Assembly: GCA_946965045.2 (NCBI GenBank)
Contig: OX337229.1
Location: 3,224,001-3,288,000, forward strand
DNA from: Epithemia pelagica
Taxonomy: Eukaryota > Protista > Bacillariophyta
Direction of reading: 5' to 3'
DNA length: 64,000 bases
A program made the position numbers and the translations under genes. A model generated the notes under the pieces. It ran no database searches. It was given only the letters and a program-made list of their open reading frames with translations, and was not told the DNA's origin. Position 1 is the stretch's first letter. Every line of letters starts with the position of its first letter. Shown piece after piece: positions 1-9,516 of the stretch.

Positions 1-1753
1 GTTTCTCGTCGCTTTCGACGACCCCGATCATGCATTGATGACGACAATAAGAGAGTTCCATTCAACCTGGGAAGTGCTGTGAACTTGGTGCTTCCATGGG
101 CTGTAATCGCAAGCATCGCTGTGGCAGGAGCGGCGTTATCCGAGTCGCAAAAAGGTGACGATGATATCCTTGAGCGCTTTCTGGTACACGACGCCGAACA
201 CGTGTTCAATGAAACGCACACACCGCTCTTCCCTCTTTCCAGATCAGACTATATCGGCTTCGGCCTAGCGATTGTCGGCCTCATGGTAGCGGTAAGTAAA
301 TACCTGGGATTGATTTGGATCTTAGTGCAGCAGATCTAACGATGATATTCATTGCGTGAACAGGCTGGTGGAGGAATTGGAGGAGGAGGGATTCTAGTTC
401 CGATCTACTGTCTTGTCATGGGTTTCTCACCAAAACATGCCATTCCCCTGAGTAACATAACTGTTTTTGGCGGCTCCGTAGCGAATACAATCCTCAACAC
501 TCAGAAACGTCATCCATTGGCCGATCGACCACTCGTTGATTGGGATCTCATCCTCGTGATGGAACCACTGAGTAAGTCGGTAACATTCTTTCGATCGTGT
601 TTGAAAAACCCTTTTCTTGGTCAGCTCATTTATTTCGTCCTCATCGGGAACTGTAGCAATTGCTGGAGCACTGATTGGGGCTTTTCTAAACAAAATTCTT
701 CCTGAGCTATTATTGACTGTCTTGCTCGTTCTCCTCCTCTCCTTCACGGCGTGGAGTACTCTAAAGAAGGCATTTCGAATGTACAAGAAGGAAACTGAGG
801 AATTTCGAAAACGAGTTGCTGAATCTGAGCTCACGAGAACATACAACTCTCAACAAACAGAAGATGAGGACGAAGAGGAGGAGTTTGACACAGAAAACTG
901 TACCGAGATCCAAACCGGTGCTATCGATAGCTCTCAACAGTCCGACAGTGAACATACAAACAAGAAAGACCCTGAGAACGAACAAGACCCCCAAAAAGAG
1001 GCAGAGAGACTACTTGATAAAAGACGACAAGAAGAGCTTGAACAGATTCTTTATGAAGAGTCGCAAGTCCCTGTGGGAAATGTGATGGTGCTTGTTACTC
1101 TTTTTATTGTTGTGCTGGGCATCAACCTTCTCAAAGGAGGAGGAGCGTTCAAAAGTCCATTCGGCATCGAATGTGGGTCTAGGGGCTTTTGGGTTGCAAA
1201 TTTCATCATGTTGGGGTGGATTGTAGTTGTCAGTTTACTGGTGCGAGCCTATCTCGTACGACGATGGGAACAAAAACAGCGATGTGGTTACCAATACTGC
1301 GAGGGTGACATTCAATGGGACGGCAGAGCAACGATCGTGTACCCATTCATTTGTTGCTTTGCAGGCTTCTTTGCAGGAATGTTCGGGGTTGGTGGTGGAA
1401 TTGTAAAAGGCCCTCTCATGCTTGCTATGAACGTACACCCAGCTGTTTCCAGTGCTTCCTCTGCCTGTATGATCCTTTTCACGTCCTTCACAGCGACGAC
1501 ATCTTTCATCGTTTTTGGATTACTGGTACAAGATTATGCCGCGGTATGCCTCGTGATTGGATTCGTAGCTACAATTGCTGGACAGTTGGGTCTTGCGTAC
1601 CTGGCAAAAAAGGCGCAGCGAAACTCTTACATTGCGTTCTCAATCGGGGGTGTCGTGTTTCTCTCCGCCTTTCTGATGACAGTACAATCATTACTCAGTA
1701 TGGCGGAAGGAGAGAAACATCACGCCGGAGGAATCTGTGGAAAAGGCGACTAA
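1..1753 (+). CDS. Sulfite exporter TauE/SafE family membrane protein (5' end outside window; introns 292-363 and 572-656)
   Basis: Frame open from base 1. GT-AG introns join ...GLMVA|AGGGIGGGGILVP... and ...MEPL|TIAGALIGAFLN. The second half repeats GGGIVKGPLML with many hydrophobic segments, the typical two-repeat TauE/SafE pattern. Confidence 0.85.
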
Positions 1754-1912
1754 CGGAATGTGATTGCCAAATTCACAAAAATCCAGCGACATCAAAATTC
1801 TGGCGTAACGACTCGTTGACCAGATGCACTGTAAGCGAGATGTATTCCTTCCATAAGAAAATGTTGTACAACATGAAATGTAAACTCCAAGTTTGCATGA
1901 AATGATATCGCC

Positions 1913-4753
1913 TCAGTTTCTCTTCAGCAGAGTGCGAGTCAATTTTCCTAGTTCCTCGTCTTCTTCAGCTGATTCGTATGGAGTCAGTGTCCACACTTCC
2001 AGCGTCGACACTTCGAATTCAGTCATTTCTGTTCCGCAAAGCTTAGGATTCCCAAATGTAGAACAGGAATTGGTCTCTCCACCCATCAAGTCTCCATCTA
2101 ACGTGAAACCGATACCAACAGGTTCCTTCGACGCAGCATACGCTCCTTTCCAGTCACCTCCTCCGACCGCCAAGGTTTTCTCAGTGCAATATTGTATATG
2201 CACATCATCGTCACCCCCCACATAGGGAAAGATTTCCAACTCGTTATCAAAATTGAACTTACGCTTGGTTCCATCCATTCGAGACTTTTTCAATTTCCAC
2301 AGAAACGCCTCTTTCGATCCAAACCATTCCGAATTCTTCCTCCAAGGAGACGAGCAGTAGGCCCCAAACACATCACCATTCGTGGTTTCAACCCCAATGA
2401 TGGTGTGCACGGAATGCTTGATCTTTGGTAGGAGCTCCGATAATGTTCCAGATTCTTGATCAGAAGAGTACTTAAGCCAAAAGTTTTGATTCGCCACAAT
2501 GCTCGGAAGGCAGTGGCGAAAGCTCTCCATAATGGGTGCTGTCAGGACACCTGGATCCGTGCTGAATTTTCCAATGACATGAGCGGATTCATCTTTCGCG
2601 GTTGGATGCAACTGTATACAAAGAGGTCGTTGCAACTTTTCGGTCAGCTCCGAGGATGCCGTGGAAAAATGGGAATTGACCTCACTGCCTGCTCTTGGTC
2701 GGTTCTCTGGAGAGAACGTCGCCACGTTATCGTTGCTATGCCACGTCGCTGTGTCTCCAACTTCGGGCAAAACGACTGCAGATTGCTGGTCCACAACTCC
2801 AAACGCGTCATCTGGAATGGACAAGTCGAAATTCGAGGACTCTGCATACACGGACGGCTCTGGTTGCTGATCCGAGAGCGCCGTGATGGGAGCATGTTTC
2901 CGAAGGCTAGTGTAGGCACTTTCTAGGGCTTCCAGTTCTGCGTCAGAAGGTAAGTAGTTGTCCAGCGGCGGATTCATGAGTTCCTCAAGGTACGCCAATT
3001 CGGACGCTGGTAGTTGATGTTTGTCGTCAACGAGTGCGCTCTTTAGCAAGCGACATGCAACTATGTATCGTTCTCGGATAGCCTCTTCACGGTCGATTGG
3101 TAAACCGTTCAAGACATTTTCTCGCCTTGCAGTTGAATCGTCATTTGCAGAGTCTCCCAACAGAGAGGATCCCAGTGTGATCGATTTCCGATTGCCCGTT
3201 GTTGTACTCGTCGTTTCGTCCATACTGGACAGTACTCCAAAGTTGCTCGTTCTCCCCGAAAACACGTCACTTTCTCCCATCGAAACATCCTTTTCTTCTT
3301 GAAACACATCATCCACTTGAAAGCTATTGACAGAGGCAGAAGTGGCTTCACTAAATGCATCCAAGAACCCCAAGACACCATTCACGTGGGCCGACGAGGC
3401 CATCGAATCATCAGCACCCGTAGAACTGGAGGCAGCGGAGATGGAACGCTTTGCTTTTGATTTGTTGCTGTAATAAAGTCGTGTCGTCCCAGAGGAACGA
3501 GGATGGGTTGGTTGGGTATCCGATACGGATAAATCTTCTGTGAGTGTTCGAATGAGTTTAGGATCGGGTAGTTTCGAGGCGTGAACGGCGGCAACCACAT
3601 AGTCACTACTTTGGGAACCCTTAGACGTTTGTTGTTTGAGAGAGCGTGGAGGACTGGGAATCGATGACTTTGGGGGTGGAGGTTTAAGACGTAGGGTGCA
3701 TCCAACCTTGTTGGGATCCACAACTTCCCTGCCTTCTTCTTCTTCGTTACCATCCTGTTCGTCGACCACAGTCCTTCGTGCTTGTGCAGGGTTGAAACAT
3801 GCCACGCCTCCCAACCGCAATGGTTCGGTGGCACGTCGCGGGGACCCAACACCACTTGCAGACGACGAGCGAGTGATACTCGAGGGCGAAGGGGGGTGAC
3901 TCTTGTGATCGGAATTCGGTTGATCCGAATCGCCCACGGACGCATCCGCGCGCACGGCTTTGACCACGGCATCAAGGTTGGCGGAACACCGTGCCAGATT
4001 GACGACAGTCGCGGTCAATTTTTCGTCTTTGCCTTCTTCCAGATCCAAAATACTCGTTCCGCGTTCCGGGAATGTGCCAACGGAAGAAGCTTCTTCCTGG
4101 GACGATGCAATTGTGGCAGTGGAACGACCATCAGGAATTGCCTTTTGTGATGATGGCCGAGGCGCCGTTTGGTCTTTTGGCTTTTCGATAGGTCGAAGAA
4201 TGGATTCATCCGGATCATCGGCGGCCGGACGCTTTATGGGAGCGTCACTTTTCTTGATGGCCATCAGCTCTGGTTCCGCGTTGTCCGATTCTGGTCTTTG
4301 AATCGGCCTTGCTGCACTTTCGAGCGAGTGATCGGTGGTAGTTTGTGTATCATCTACCACGTTGACCGATTCAAAGGGGGAAAAGGCCACTTTGGTATCT
4401 CCCGGTCGTGTTGGACTTGCCGTTAAATCAGACACAGCTCGACCAAAGGCCACAATCTTGAACAATTCTCCACTTTCTCCACCATCGTCGATTGAAACAT
4501 CAGCACCAAAGGTTGCTGTCGATTCGGCCGTCGTGGACGGTGTACCTGCTTCCACCACGGTCAACGATGTGGGAACAGGGCCCTGCTTTTGGGGTGTTCG
4601 TTCATCCATCTCAGGAGAAACACTATATCGATCCATCTTTTCTCGTCGAACGGCATGTTTGTTGTTGCTCGTCGTCGTTGCTCTAGTGACGGGAGTGGTC
4701 GAGGTTTTGGACTTGACCTCATCGTAATTCGGTGCTCCACAACAACACAACAT
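1913..4753 (-). CDS. TLDc (OXR1/NCOA7-like) domain protein with long disordered N-terminus
   Basis: C-terminal TLDc motifs (FWLKYSSDQESGTL, VETTNGDVFGAY, WFGSKEAFLW, LAVGGG, NSCSTFGN, EVWTL). Likely start MLCCCG at 4753; the ORF extends to 4837. Confidence 0.85.
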   Translation of the reverse strand: MLCCCGAPNYDEVKSKTSTTPVTRATTTSNNKHAVRREKMDRYSVSPEMDERTPQKQGPVPTSLTVVEAGTPSTTAESTATFGADVSIDDGGESGELFKIVAFGRAVSDLTASPTRPGDTKVAFSPFESVNVVDDTQTTTDHSLESAARPIQRPESDNAEPELMAIKKSDAPIKRPAADDPDESILRPIEKPKDQTAPRPSSQKAIPDGRSTATIASSQEEASSVGTFPERGTSILDLEEGKDEKLTATVVNLARCSANLDAVVKAVRADASVGDSDQPNSDHKSHPPSPSSITRSSSASGVGSPRRATEPLRLGGVACFNPAQARRTVVDEQDGNEEEEGREVVDPNKVGCTLRLKPPPPKSSIPSPPRSLKQQTSKGSQSSDYVVAAVHASKLPDPKLIRTLTEDLSVSDTQPTHPRSSGTTRLYYSNKSKAKRSISAASSSTGADDSMASSAHVNGVLGFLDAFSEATSASVNSFQVDDVFQEEKDVSMGESDVFSGRTSNFGVLSSMDETTSTTTGNRKSITLGSSLLGDSANDDSTARRENVLNGLPIDREEAIRERYIVACRLLKSALVDDKHQLPASELAYLEELMNPPLDNYLPSDAELEALESAYTSLRKHAPITALSDQQPEPSVYAESSNFDLSIPDDAFGVVDQQSAVVLPEVGDTATWHSNDNVATFSPENRPRAGSEVNSHFSTASSELTEKLQRPLCIQLHPTAKDESAHVIGKFSTDPGVLTAPIMESFRHCLPSIVANQNFWLKYSSDQESGTLSELLPKIKHSVHTIIGVETTNGDVFGAYCSSPWRKNSEWFGSKEAFLWKLKKSRMDGTKRKFNFDNELEIFPYVGGDDDVHIQYCTEKTLAVGGGDWKGAYAASKEPVGIGFTLDGDLMGGETNSCSTFGNPKLCGTEMTEFEVSTLEVWTLTPYESAEEDEELGKLTRTLLKRN

Positions 4754-5196
4754 GTTCGTAATGCTGTTACCAATGATACTACCAGAAAAGGTTGTTGTGA
4801 AGGAGTGATGAAGAGTGCCGAAGCAGACGAATTCCAAGAATCATCTGCTGCAACGGCACGATTTTATTTCCCGTTTGCCGTAAATTTCCATCACAAGAGA
4901 CGACTTGTGTTTCGCTCCAGAAAAGGCCAAGCTTGCATGGTCCCTTTCGTGTTTTGTATACGGCAATGTGATCGTGGTCGTTTCACACGAATCTTCATGT
5001 TTATGTTGGAGACTATGATGAGCAATGAGGCTCGCTGTCTCTCATTCCCTCGTTTTACCTCGCGCTTATCAGTATGTGCTGCATTGTATTGTATGTGAGC
5101 GCGCGCATATGCACGCTCACAAGATCTCCGAGTCGTTATCAGCCGTTTTTGATCTTGCCTTGTCCGTTGACAGTCAGTACTATTTCTAATAGCTAG

Positions 5197-5236
5197 CTAG
5201 AGGAGTACTAGTAGGAGTAACTAGAGGAGTAGGAGA
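5197..5236. repeat. Cluster of three AGGAGTA motifs in intergenic DNA
   Basis: ctagAGGAGTActagtAGGAGTAactagAGGAGTAggag; the same 7-mer recurs in many other intergenic spacers. Confidence 0.7.
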
Positions 5237-5932
5237 CTGCGATATTATCGCTTGTCGCACTGGCCTGAGGCTGGACCGTAGATGCTCCGACATTGGACAT
5301 TGGCAGCCTCAGCTAAAGTCTAGCATCCCAGAAAGCAGCATCGGTGGCCTTGATTGCTTCCTGCAATCAACTCCATTGCGAATTGCGATTTCAAACGCAG
5401 GGAGGCGGTAGGATCGATTTCCACATCCATTGTTTTTGCGTTTCTCGACGGTGGCAAGAGATAGTTCCTCGGCATTAAAACAAGAATCACACTCACCCTC
5501 CTCCTTCCTTGATGACTTCATCATAGACTAAACTCCCAAAAAAGGAACGCTTCTCTTCGATTATGCGTGTCATTCTTGCTCAGAGACCATGCTAATCTTC
5601 TCTGTATATTTAAGCGTTTAATCAATGCCTCAATCCGAAGATCGGGCGCCATGAGAGGGTTTTCTGACAATATGAACACTAAATCAAAGAAGACGTGAAT
5701 TCGATAGGGAGTTACTGTTAACCGCCTCTTTTATTGTTTCACTCTATCAATCCTAATGAGAGATGATACTCCCCAGACTTTCTCAACATACACCTCGACG
5801 GCCATGAACCTGGAAGTTAACTCCGACCATGATACAAGAGACCCAGTCACCGTCCAATCACAAATCCATTTCCCTTTCAGCCCCACATTTTCCAGGAGCA
5901 GTTTCTATCGACCTGACCTCTTTCAATTGACA

Positions 5933-6814
5933 ATGGTGCTTTACATGGTCGGACTTGGTCTGGGTGACGAGGATGACATCACAGTAAAGGGTCTTAAACT
6001 CGTGAAGGAATGCGACAAGGTCTTTCTGGAAGCCTACACCAGCATGCTGGGTGTCGACAAGGAACGATTGGAGGAGGTCTATGGCAAATCCATTACCATT
6101 GCAGATCGCTCACTGGTGGAACAAGATGCCGAAGACTTGATTTTACAACCAGCCCAGCACGAAAAGGTGGCATTTTTAGTGGTGGGAGATCCCGTCTGTG
6201 CCACGACGCACACCGATTTGTGGTTGCGGGCCCGACAACGCAAGATCTCCGTCCAAGTCATTCACAATGCGTCCATCATGGGTGCTGCCGGAGCGACCGG
6301 ATTGCAATTATACAATTTTGGACATACTGTCAGTCTTCCCTTTTTTGAAGAAAATTGGAGACCCACCAGTTTTTATCCCAAAATACAATACAACCGAAAG
6401 GGAGGTATGCATACTCTGTGCTTACTGGACATTAAAGTCAAGGAACCGGATTTTGAAGCCATGATGCAAGGTAAAACACGGCATTTGCCTCCTCGCTTTA
6501 TGAGTGTCAATACTGCTGCACAACAATTGCTTGAAGCTGAAGAAACACACAAAGCAGGAGTCTACGATGGATCCAAAACTCTTTGTGTCGGGTTGGCGCG
6601 TATGGGACAAGACACCCAACAAATTGTGGCTGGAACCTTGGACGAGCTGGCCACAGTCGACTTTGGTACTCCGCTGCATTCTTTGATTATCTGTGGGGAA
6701 TTGCATGATTTGGAGTTGGAAGTGCTCCAAGAGTATCTCCTCCCAGATTCTCAATTCGTGGCCAACGACATGTCCTCAACTAGCAAGAGTACCGCCGAAG
6801 GGAACAACGATTGA
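5933..6814 (+). CDS. DPH5: Diphthine methyl ester synthase
   Basis: MVLYMVGLGLGDEDDITVKGL, FLEAYTS, VVGDPVCATTHTDL, IHNASIM, GLQLYNFGHTVS, HTLCLLDIKVKEP, PLHSLII are canonical DPH5 motifs. Confidence 0.97.
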   Translation: MVLYMVGLGLGDEDDITVKGLKLVKECDKVFLEAYTSMLGVDKERLEEVYGKSITIADRSLVEQDAEDLILQPAQHEKVAFLVVGDPVCATTHTDLWLRARQRKISVQVIHNASIMGAAGATGLQLYNFGHTVSLPFFEENWRPTSFYPKIQYNRKGGMHTLCLLDIKVKEPDFEAMMQGKTRHLPPRFMSVNTAAQQLLEAEETHKAGVYDGSKTLCVGLARMGQDTQQIVAGTLDELATVDFGTPLHSLIICGELHDLELEVLQEYLLPDSQFVANDMSSTSKSTAEGNND

Positions 6815-6937
6815 CAGGGATATTAAATCTATGGGAACATGCCATTCTTTGTCCTATTATGTGACTGAAATCTATAAATACGACTGACTTCACAGCGGCG
6901 CCATTTCCAAGAAGCAATGCAGGCAGCATTGTACTAC

Positions 6938-7663
6938 TTACACCAACTTGGCCACCGCAACTGGTACAGTCACCTCGTCATGCGAATTGGAAGATGGGAC
7001 ACGAACATAAAATTGACGCACATTACCTGGCGGAACAGTGGCTTCCATTGTGCTTCCATCGGCCATGGACACACGAATGACTTGTCCAGGACCACATCCA
7101 TCGGGAACTTTAACCAATATCATACCATTGCTGTATTCTTCTTGTGGTTTGTCTAGTGTCTCATTAGCCTGCAGTTCCATGTCATTTGTCACGACCGCTG
7201 CGGTGGACACTTCAGAACTGGTAGGTTGAGTTGCCGACGAGTCGTTTCCCACGGGCACGCCCAAAACAACGGTAGGTGTCTCTATTATTTTTACTTTGCA
7301 ATCTTCCTCCTCTTGCGGAACTTTGACGAGAAAGGCATGTCCATGAAAGCAACCCGGTGGAATTGTGACGGAAATGATACTTCCTTGTGGAGTGCGAACA
7401 TGGAGTTCATCTCCTTCTTTCCGGTATCGTGGCACATGCACGACAAGTGTATTTGGTTGCAATGATGTTCGTGAGATGGCTTGAAGTGCATTTCCAGCTG
7501 TCTTGATCAAAACGACATTGTCTCGTTGTGCGTGTTGCCCTGATAGAGGGAGAACCTGTCGTCGCTCTCCTGGGTAAATGTTGGATCTGGTATCCACAAT
7601 GGTAGCAGCTTCTCCCTCGATAATAGCGTCCGAAGCCTTGATAGGTTGATATTCCGAATCCAT
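6938..7663 (-). CDS. Hypothetical protein with repeated VxVPxGxxxG beta-rich motifs
   Basis: 241-aa ORF with ATG; four related motifs (VHVPRYRKEG, VTIPPGCFHG, VKVPDGCGPG, ATVPPG). Confidence 0.7.
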   Translation of the reverse strand: MDSEYQPIKASDAIIEGEAATIVDTRSNIYPGERRQVLPLSGQHAQRDNVVLIKTAGNALQAISRTSLQPNTLVVHVPRYRKEGDELHVRTPQGSIISVTIPPGCFHGHAFLVKVPQEEEDCKVKIIETPTVVLGVPVGNDSSATQPTSSEVSTAAVVTNDMELQANETLDKPQEEYSNGMILVKVPDGCGPGQVIRVSMADGSTMEATVPPGNVRQFYVRVPSSNSHDEVTVPVAVAKLV

Positions 7664-8022
7664 CGTTAGTTTCTCTCCTTCGAATTAAATGTTTGTAATT
7701 TTTGCGCCTTCGTGTTTCGCGTTCGAATTCGTGTATCGAGCGTTGCGCCATCATTGTGGTGGGATTGCTGCTGTCATCGAAAGTCCGTCAAATGTCAGTC
7801 ATCCGGTGTCAACAGAGTTTCGTCCGTTGAAAACGCCGGCGGTTAAACCAATAATAAAGCGATCTTAAAACGACCAATACGACAAAGTATAAGAGGAGGA
7901 GTTGTTTCGATCGAAATCGACAGACTTTCGTCGGCTGACGTTCTTTTCCATTGAAGGTCCACGGCCGGCAATTGACACTTGTCTCTGAGTCTCGATTGGA
8001 TATCTCAAAGAACATTGTCACG

Positions 8023-9072
8023 ATGAAAGGTCTTTCAGTTCTCTCTGCAATTCTGTTAGCTATATTCAGCGCTGACCATGGTGTTGTTGCAGGTCGCAGT
8101 CATTCACTGCATTTTGTGGAACCAGCCTCATCCACTCGACCATGGCGAACGTATACGGAATCGTCCAAGCACCACAATCCGTATGCACGAAAAAGTAAAT
8201 TATTCAAGTCCTTTCTGCCATGGGAAGTGGCTCGGAAAGACGGCCGGACACGGATATGGCGAGCCAATGACATGACGCGTCGACGACCGGGACAGGCATC
8301 TTGGACCTCCAGGCTTTTCATTTTGAATGTTGCCGCCTACGCCCTCCAAGTTCTGAACCCAAGCTTTACGGCATGGGGAATCAAGAGATCGGAGTTGATT
8401 ATGAACGGTCGTGAGTTGTATCGCTTAGTATCGCCAGTATTTTTGCATGGAGGACCGGCACATTTGGCCATGAATATGTATTCGCTCAAGAATATTGGTC
8501 CCGATGTCGAACGACTATTCGGTCCTGGTCGATTCCTTTGTACCTACATACTTTCCGGTATTGCTGGTAATTTGTTTTCTGCGTTTCAGTCGCCTAATCC
8601 GGCATTGGGTGCCAGTGGTGCTGTCTTTGGCATTATGGGTGCTTACACCGTCTTTTTGGCGCGTCATGAATGGCTCTTGGGTCGGATGGGAGAACAAATG
8701 TCCAGCCAACTGATGCAAACTGCCTTTTTGAATATAGCCTTGGGCTTTGCCAACCCAAGAATTGACAATTGGGGGCACATTGGTGGTTTTGTGGGGGGTT
8801 GCGCCATGGCCTACTATATAGGCCCACGACTCTACTTGACAAGTCGATTCGAAAATTTGGACAACAAGTTTCTCGTGGACCGTCCAGTCTTTCGGTTCCC
8901 TCGTCCCATTGAGCGCATACCGGACAGAATTGGAAGTCTTGCGGGAGGCATCAAGAAGGCTGTCCGACTGGATCGATTTCTTCCGGGAAGCTCCACGACT
9001 CGGCCCTGGCAGCAGCAACAACAACGGCGTCGGAGAGATCCTCCTACGTGGCCCTTGAAACCGGATCGGTGA
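8023..9072 (+). CDS. Rhomboid family intramembrane serine protease with N-terminal signal peptide
   Basis: YRLVSPVFLHGGPAHLAMN, GASGAV (catalytic Ser), IDNWGHIGG (catalytic His); hydrophobic leader MKGLSVLSAILLAIFSA. Confidence 0.93.
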   Translation: MKGLSVLSAILLAIFSADHGVVAGRSHSLHFVEPASSTRPWRTYTESSKHHNPYARKSKLFKSFLPWEVARKDGRTRIWRANDMTRRRPGQASWTSRLFILNVAAYALQVLNPSFTAWGIKRSELIMNGRELYRLVSPVFLHGGPAHLAMNMYSLKNIGPDVERLFGPGRFLCTYILSGIAGNLFSAFQSPNPALGASGAVFGIMGAYTVFLARHEWLLGRMGEQMSSQLMQTAFLNIALGFANPRIDNWGHIGGFVGGCAMAYYIGPRLYLTSRFENLDNKFLVDRPVFRFPRPIERIPDRIGSLAGGIKKAVRLDRFLPGSSTTRPWQQQQQRRRRDPPTWPLKPDR

Positions 9073-9398
9073 TCATCCACTCTTAAGAAAGAACTCCCTC
9101 CCATACTCACAATTGCGTGGCTCCTCTAGAGCTAGGAGTACGGCTCATAATGTATTAGGGTAATCCTATCCTGTAGCCTCTAGGCGAAAGTTTGATCACG
9201 GATTCGGACCGTCTGCCCGTCGTACGAAATAGGTATCATATTTGGATTTTGGATCTTTTGGATTTTGGATCGCGCTGGTAACGTTATCCGTAAAAAAAAC
9301 ATCATCCAAATGGAGGAACAGTTGATGGCTTGAGTAGAGACTCTGACAAAAGCAACCCAGAGAAACAACGAGGTGAACTACAAGAAGGACGATAAAAA

Positions 9399-9516
9399 CG
9401 ACCACCAAGCCGACAGAAGTCTTCCTGGCTACTCTGTATCCCCGCGTTACATGGTCAGGCCTATGGGGCGCAACGCGGACCCGCCATGGGCAATATTGGC
9501 TGCTAAGAGAAACGCC
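9399..9516 (+). ncRNA. Candidate HDV-like self-cleaving ribozyme in the retrotransposon 5' UTR
   Basis: P3 gta/tac around loop TCCCCGCGT (UCCNCGY consensus plus 2 nt); exactly 7 nt then GG; P4 cctatgg/ccatggg; GCTAA; P2 ctct/agag. P1 has only 5-6 bp and the P4-to-C junction has a 12-nt insert. Folded by eye only. Confidence 0.35.

Noticed and set aside
5309-5524. 71-aa minus-strand ORF in the TLDc-DPH5 spacer
   Set aside because: No recognisable motif or splice support; length is within chance expectation.
7690-7750. Sm-site-like AATTTTTG followed by GCGTTCG, suggesting an snRNA 3' end
   Set aside because: No U1, U2, U4 or U5 5' features upstream; lies in the 5' leader/promoter of the 7663 gene.
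9241-9272. 16-bp tandem duplication (tttggattttggatc) upstream of the element
   Set aside because: Only two units, no match at the 3' flank, so not a TSD; an ordinary slippage repeat.
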